Below are positions 6,195-8,905 of a stretch of 8,905 nt of DNA, piece by piece. The stretch spans positions 1-8,905 of the forward strand of contig JAQVRT010000030.1 of NCBI GenBank assembly GCA_028700905.1, in the 5' to 3' direction. The notes beneath the pieces are model-generated. The model did no database searches. It was not told the origin of the DNA and was given only the letters and a program-made list of their open reading frames with translations. The DNA is from Candidatus Iainarchaeum sp. GTDB lineage: Archaea; Iainarchaeota; Iainarchaeia; Iainarchaeales; CSSED10-239. A program made the translations under genes and the position numbers. Positions within the stretch are counted from its first letter, which is position 1; each line of letters begins with the position of its first letter.

Positions 6195-7421
6195 TCATTT
6201 TTTTTTAAATTTTACTTTTAAAGATAAAATCCATTTTTCTAAAACAACTAAAATTGCTGGAACAAATGTAATTGCTGCAAAGAAACAAGCAGTAACTCCA
6301 TAACTCATCATTTTTCCTAAATCTTGAAGTAAAGTTAATTCTCCCATAGACATTGCTTTAAAACCAATTAATGCAGCAATAGTTGTTGTTGCCATTGGAA
6401 TAAAAACATTTTTCATAGTTTCTTCCATAGCTTTTTCAGGAGATTTATCTTTTATTTCTTGTTTAAATCTCATAACAGTCTGGATACCAAAATCAATTCC
6501 AATACCCATAATCATTGAAATAACTCCAGAAGTAATTGAAGAAAGACCCATTTTAACAAGCCCAAGATATCCAAAAGTCCAAACTACTCCAATTAATATT
6601 GTTGAAAGAGGTATAATTCCAAACCTTATTGATCCAAGAACTGTTAAAATTTTTATTTTTTTAGAATGTTTTTTATTAAATGAAGAAATTATTTCTCCAG
6701 CTACAAATATAAATATTAATAAAATAATTATTCCATATATTGAATAACTACTTGTCTTTTGCATATCAGGTCCAATTTCTCTTTCAACAATTGGACCTGC
6801 TGCAATTTCTCCAGCAACATTAACATTAAGCCCTATATTTGGTTTACCAATTGAAGAAATTATTTTTTCAAGATTAAAAACAACTTCTTCAGCATTTTCT
6901 TCTTCACTAAAATCATCTGTTAAAGAAATTCTTATAACTGTCATTGAATAATCTTTACTTATAATATTTTCAAAAATAAAATTTTCACTTATAAGTTTAT
7001 TAATTTCTAGATTAGATTTAGGAATAATATCATTATTTACTTCTTTTACAACTGTTGAAATGCTTGAAACTTCCAAAATATAATCTGTGTTTTCAATATA
7101 TTGAGAAATTACATCAATATATTCAATAACTTTATAATCTCTTAAATCATTTACTTTATTATACCCTTGAAAAGAATCATCAAGCTCAATTGCAATTAAA
7201 ATACTAGATGGATTTCCAAAAGTATCTTCCAAAAGATCAAATGCTCTAACAACTTCATAATTATCAGGAACCATATCAGAATTACTAAAATTAACATATT
7301 CTACTTTAGATGAAAAATACATTGCAAAAATAATAAGAATTACAACAATAAGTATTACAAGATAAGGTCTGTGAGATACAAAATAAGAATACCTATCCAA
7401 AGGTTTGTCATACCAGCTCAT
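6195..7421 (-). CDS. Half-size RND/MMPL-family exporter subunit (C-terminal-half equivalent; COG1033/HAE3-like), 408 aa
   Basis: Topology is 1 TM, then an extracytoplasmic loop of about 190 aa, then 5 TM. The MMPL-type TM4-equivalent motif is MGIGIDFGIQTVMRFKQE. The ATG overlaps the upstream stop in an ATGA (7421-7418). SD-like AAGGAAGG lies 8 nt upstream. TGA stop at 6195-6197. Confidence 0.88.
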   Translation of the reverse strand: MSWYDKPLDRYSYFVSHRPYLVILIVVILIIFAMYFSSKVEYVNFSNSDMVPDNYEVVRAFDLLEDTFGNPSSILIAIELDDSFQGYNKVNDLRDYKVIEYIDVISQYIENTDYILEVSSISTVVKEVNNDIIPKSNLEINKLISENFIFENIISKDYSMTVIRISLTDDFSEEENAEEVVFNLEKIISSIGKPNIGLNVNVAGEIAAGPIVEREIGPDMQKTSSYSIYGIIILLIFIFVAGEIISSFNKKHSKKIKILTVLGSIRFGIIPLSTILIGVVWTFGYLGLVKMGLSSITSGVISMIMGIGIDFGIQTVMRFKQEIKDKSPEKAMEETMKNVFIPMATTTIAALIGFKAMSMGELTLLQDLGKMMSYGVTACFFAAITFVPAILVVLEKWILSLKVKFKKK

Positions 7422-8596
7422 TTAATCAACCTTCCTTGTTTATCGGTTATATTTTTATAGGTGTCATGCATCTTTTTTGAAAACCAAAAAGTAAAGTCTT
7501 CAAAGAGAATTATAAGACTTGGAGAAATAAAAATTGCAATAAATAAACTAAAACCAATCCCAATTGCAAGAGAATTACCAAGATCTTTTAAAACAGGCAT
7601 AATCGAAAAAGTTAATGCTAAAAAACCAACAATTGTTGTAAGACCAGAACCTAGAATAGAAGATCCTATTGAAGGAACAGTTACTTTTAAAGACTCTTCT
7701 TGTGTTCTCCCTTTATTTCTTTCCTCTCTGTATCTTGAAGTCATAAAAACTCCATACTCTACACCTAAACCTAAAATCATTGCACCAATTCCAACAGTTG
7801 CAACTGAAAGTTTAATTGAAAGCCAACCCATGGTTCCAATAGTCCAAATAACGCCTAAAAATATTGGAGAAAATACTAAAAAACCTCTTGAAAAAGAAGT
7901 TTCTGTAATAAATAATAAAATTAATATTATGATTATAGCATAAATTAATGTTTTAACAGCATCTTTACCTAAAATATCTAAAACTGTAACACCTACAGGT
8001 GCTGTTCCTGTTACCATTACATCAATACCAGTAGGTTTATTTACAAGATTTATTTTTTCATTAATCATTTCAGTAAAAGCAATTGTTTTGTCTTGATTTC
8101 CAGATAAATCAGATGTTAGATATAAAATTGTTGTTTTATAATCTTTACTAAAAAAATCTGATATTCCTGGCAATAAATCAATTGAATTAATTACATCTTC
8201 ATTTGAGTTTAAAGAAAACATAGAAAGATATGTTGATGCAGATATAACTGTATTAACTTGACTTTCTTTTCTAAATTCAGTTTCAAGTTCTTTTAAATAA
8301 TTAATTACTTCAATATTTCTGATATCATATTCTTTAAAACTAGAATTAAAAGAATCATTATATTTTAGAATAATAACAACAACATCAGAACCTCCAAACT
8401 TATCTGTTATTTTTTCATTAAGTTTAAAGATATCAAGTTCTGAAGGAGACATTTTTGAAAAATCAGTTTCCATTTGTATTTTTGGAACACCTAATATAAA
8501 AAAAATAGTTATGATTATAGTTAATAATAAGATAAAATATTTATATTTTTTTTGAAAAATAGATAATTTTTCAAGACAAGTATATATAAATGACAT
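7418..8596 (-). CDS. Half-size RND/MMPL-family exporter subunit (N-terminal-half equivalent; COG1033/HAE3-like), 392 aa
   Basis: Topology is 1 TM, then a loop of about 180 aa, then 5 TM. The motif LGLGVEYGVFMTSRYREE is typical of MMPL/COG1033 proteins. SD-like AGGA lies 8 nt before the ATG at 8596. TGA stop at 7418-7420. Confidence 0.88.
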   Translation of the reverse strand: MSFIYTCLEKLSIFQKKYKYFILLLTIIITIFFILGVPKIQMETDFSKMSPSELDIFKLNEKITDKFGGSDVVVIILKYNDSFNSSFKEYDIRNIEVINYLKELETEFRKESQVNTVISASTYLSMFSLNSNEDVINSIDLLPGISDFFSKDYKTTILYLTSDLSGNQDKTIAFTEMINEKINLVNKPTGIDVMVTGTAPVGVTVLDILGKDAVKTLIYAIIIILILLFITETSFSRGFLVFSPIFLGVIWTIGTMGWLSIKLSVATVGIGAMILGLGVEYGVFMTSRYREERNKGRTQEESLKVTVPSIGSSILGSGLTTIVGFLALTFSIMPVLKDLGNSLAIGIGFSLFIAIFISPSLIILFEDFTFWFSKKMHDTYKNITDKQGRLIK

Positions 8597-8628
8597 ATTT
8601 TATTCCTGTTTTTATAATGATTTTTTTA

Positions 8629-8652
8629 ATAAAATAAAAAAAATAAAAAAAA
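8629..8652 (-). terminator. Oligo-T tract immediately after the stop codon (archaeal-style termination signal candidate)
   Basis: The minus strand reads TTTTTTTTATTTTTTTTATTTTAT directly after the TAA at 8655-8653. There is no hairpin. In a genome this AT-rich the signal is weak evidence on its own. Confidence 0.25.
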
Positions 8653-8904
8653 TTAGAAGGATTTAATAATAATAACTTTCTCTGTTTTTTGTTTTAAAGA
8701 AGTATAATCTAAATAATGTTCGTTAACAATAACTAAAACTCTATGGTCCCCTGCTTTAATACCTTGAAAAGGAAAAATGTCTAATTTTTCAGATATAGTT
8801 TCATCTGGTTTTAAAGTACCATGTCTTATTGAAACTGATTTTTTAAGACCACTTTTATCAAAAGAAAGAGTTCTTTCTAAAACTACATCATAACTTATAA
8901 ATTT
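8653..8904 (-). CDS. Hypothetical protein, C-terminal 83 aa (5' end outside window); not in the ORF track
   Basis: Manual translation is open from the window edge to TAA (8655-8653): KFISYDVVLERTLSFDKSGLKKSVSIRHGTLKPDETISEKLDIFPFQGIKAGDHRVLVIVNEHYLDYTSLKQKTEKVIIIKSF. 83 stop-free codons are unlikely by chance at this AT content. The beta-strand-like alternation is suggestive, but I recognise no family. Confidence 0.55.
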   Translation of the reverse strand, partial: KFISYDVVLERTLSFDKSGLKKSVSIRHGTLKPDETISEKLDIFPFQGIKAGDHRVLVIVNEHYLDYTSLKQKTEKVIIIKSF

Positions 8905-8905
8905 A

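Noticed and set aside
6176-6206. T9/A6 and T9 homopolymer runs near the RND-C stop and CARDB start as phase-variation tracts
   Set aside because: One run is intergenic between the SD and the upstream stop. The other simply encodes the terminal KKK. Such runs are expected at this base composition, and no evidence of length variation can be obtained from a single sequence.
7418-7421. RND split as a simple frameshift or assembly artefact
   Set aside because: I reject this only tentatively. The junction is a clean ATGA with an AAGGAAGG SD 8 nt upstream, and there is no homopolymer at the junction. It cannot be fully excluded without reads or relatives, so it is kept as a check under the findings.
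7461-7943. Listed + strand ORF of 160 aa inside the RND N-half gene
   Set aside because: It is an antisense shadow of the TM-rich part of the RND gene. It has no recognisable motifs and no SD, while the opposite strand carries the clear MMPL motif GLGVEYGVFMTSRYREE.
1-8905. Search for tRNA/rRNA genes, CRISPR repeats, IS elements or prophage genes
   Set aside because: There are no GC-enriched structured segments, no regularly spaced repeats beyond the two 14-bp boxes, no transposase, integrase or recombinase-like ORFs, and no terminal inverted repeats that I could detect by eye.

Overview
This 8.9-kb window is extremely AT-rich (about one quarter G+C by eye) and gene-dense. I see no rRNA or tRNA genes, CRISPR arrays, transposases or integrases. 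Everything recognisable is envelope or transport related.

Gene order from left to right:
- (1) 3' part of an APH/choline-kinase-like phosphotransferase, + strand, running off the left edge.
- (2) On the minus strand, a three-gene ABC-2 type transporter of unknown substrate (ATPase plus two permeases).
- (3) Downstream of it, a 4-TM membrane protein translationally coupled to a 69-aa XRE-family HTH regulator. A duplicated 14-bp box sits in their shared upstream region.
- (4) A + strand membrane protein built from 'conserved TM helix' (MscS-N-terminal-like) repeats.
- (5) A minus-strand co-directional block: two half-size RND/MMPL exporter genes with an ATGA overlap, a signal-peptide protein with three CARDB-like repeats and a C-terminal anchor, and a minimal 2-TM K+ channel gene.
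- (6) The 3' end of one more minus-strand gene at the right edge.

The K+ channel gene is absent from the ORF track. It has a perfect TTVGYGD selectivity filter, but its SD-supported ATG is followed by an in-frame TAA at codon 3 and there is no other start codon.

The gene content (half-size RND, CARDB-type surface protein, TM-helix protein, oligo-T tracts after stops) suggests a very low-GC archaeon such as a DPANN lineage or a methanogen. That is inference only.

I do not see a clear-cut novel system. The best candidates for follow-up are the hidden K+ channel, the RND-halves/CARDB/channel module, and the membrane-protein/XRE pair with its repeated operator-like boxes.
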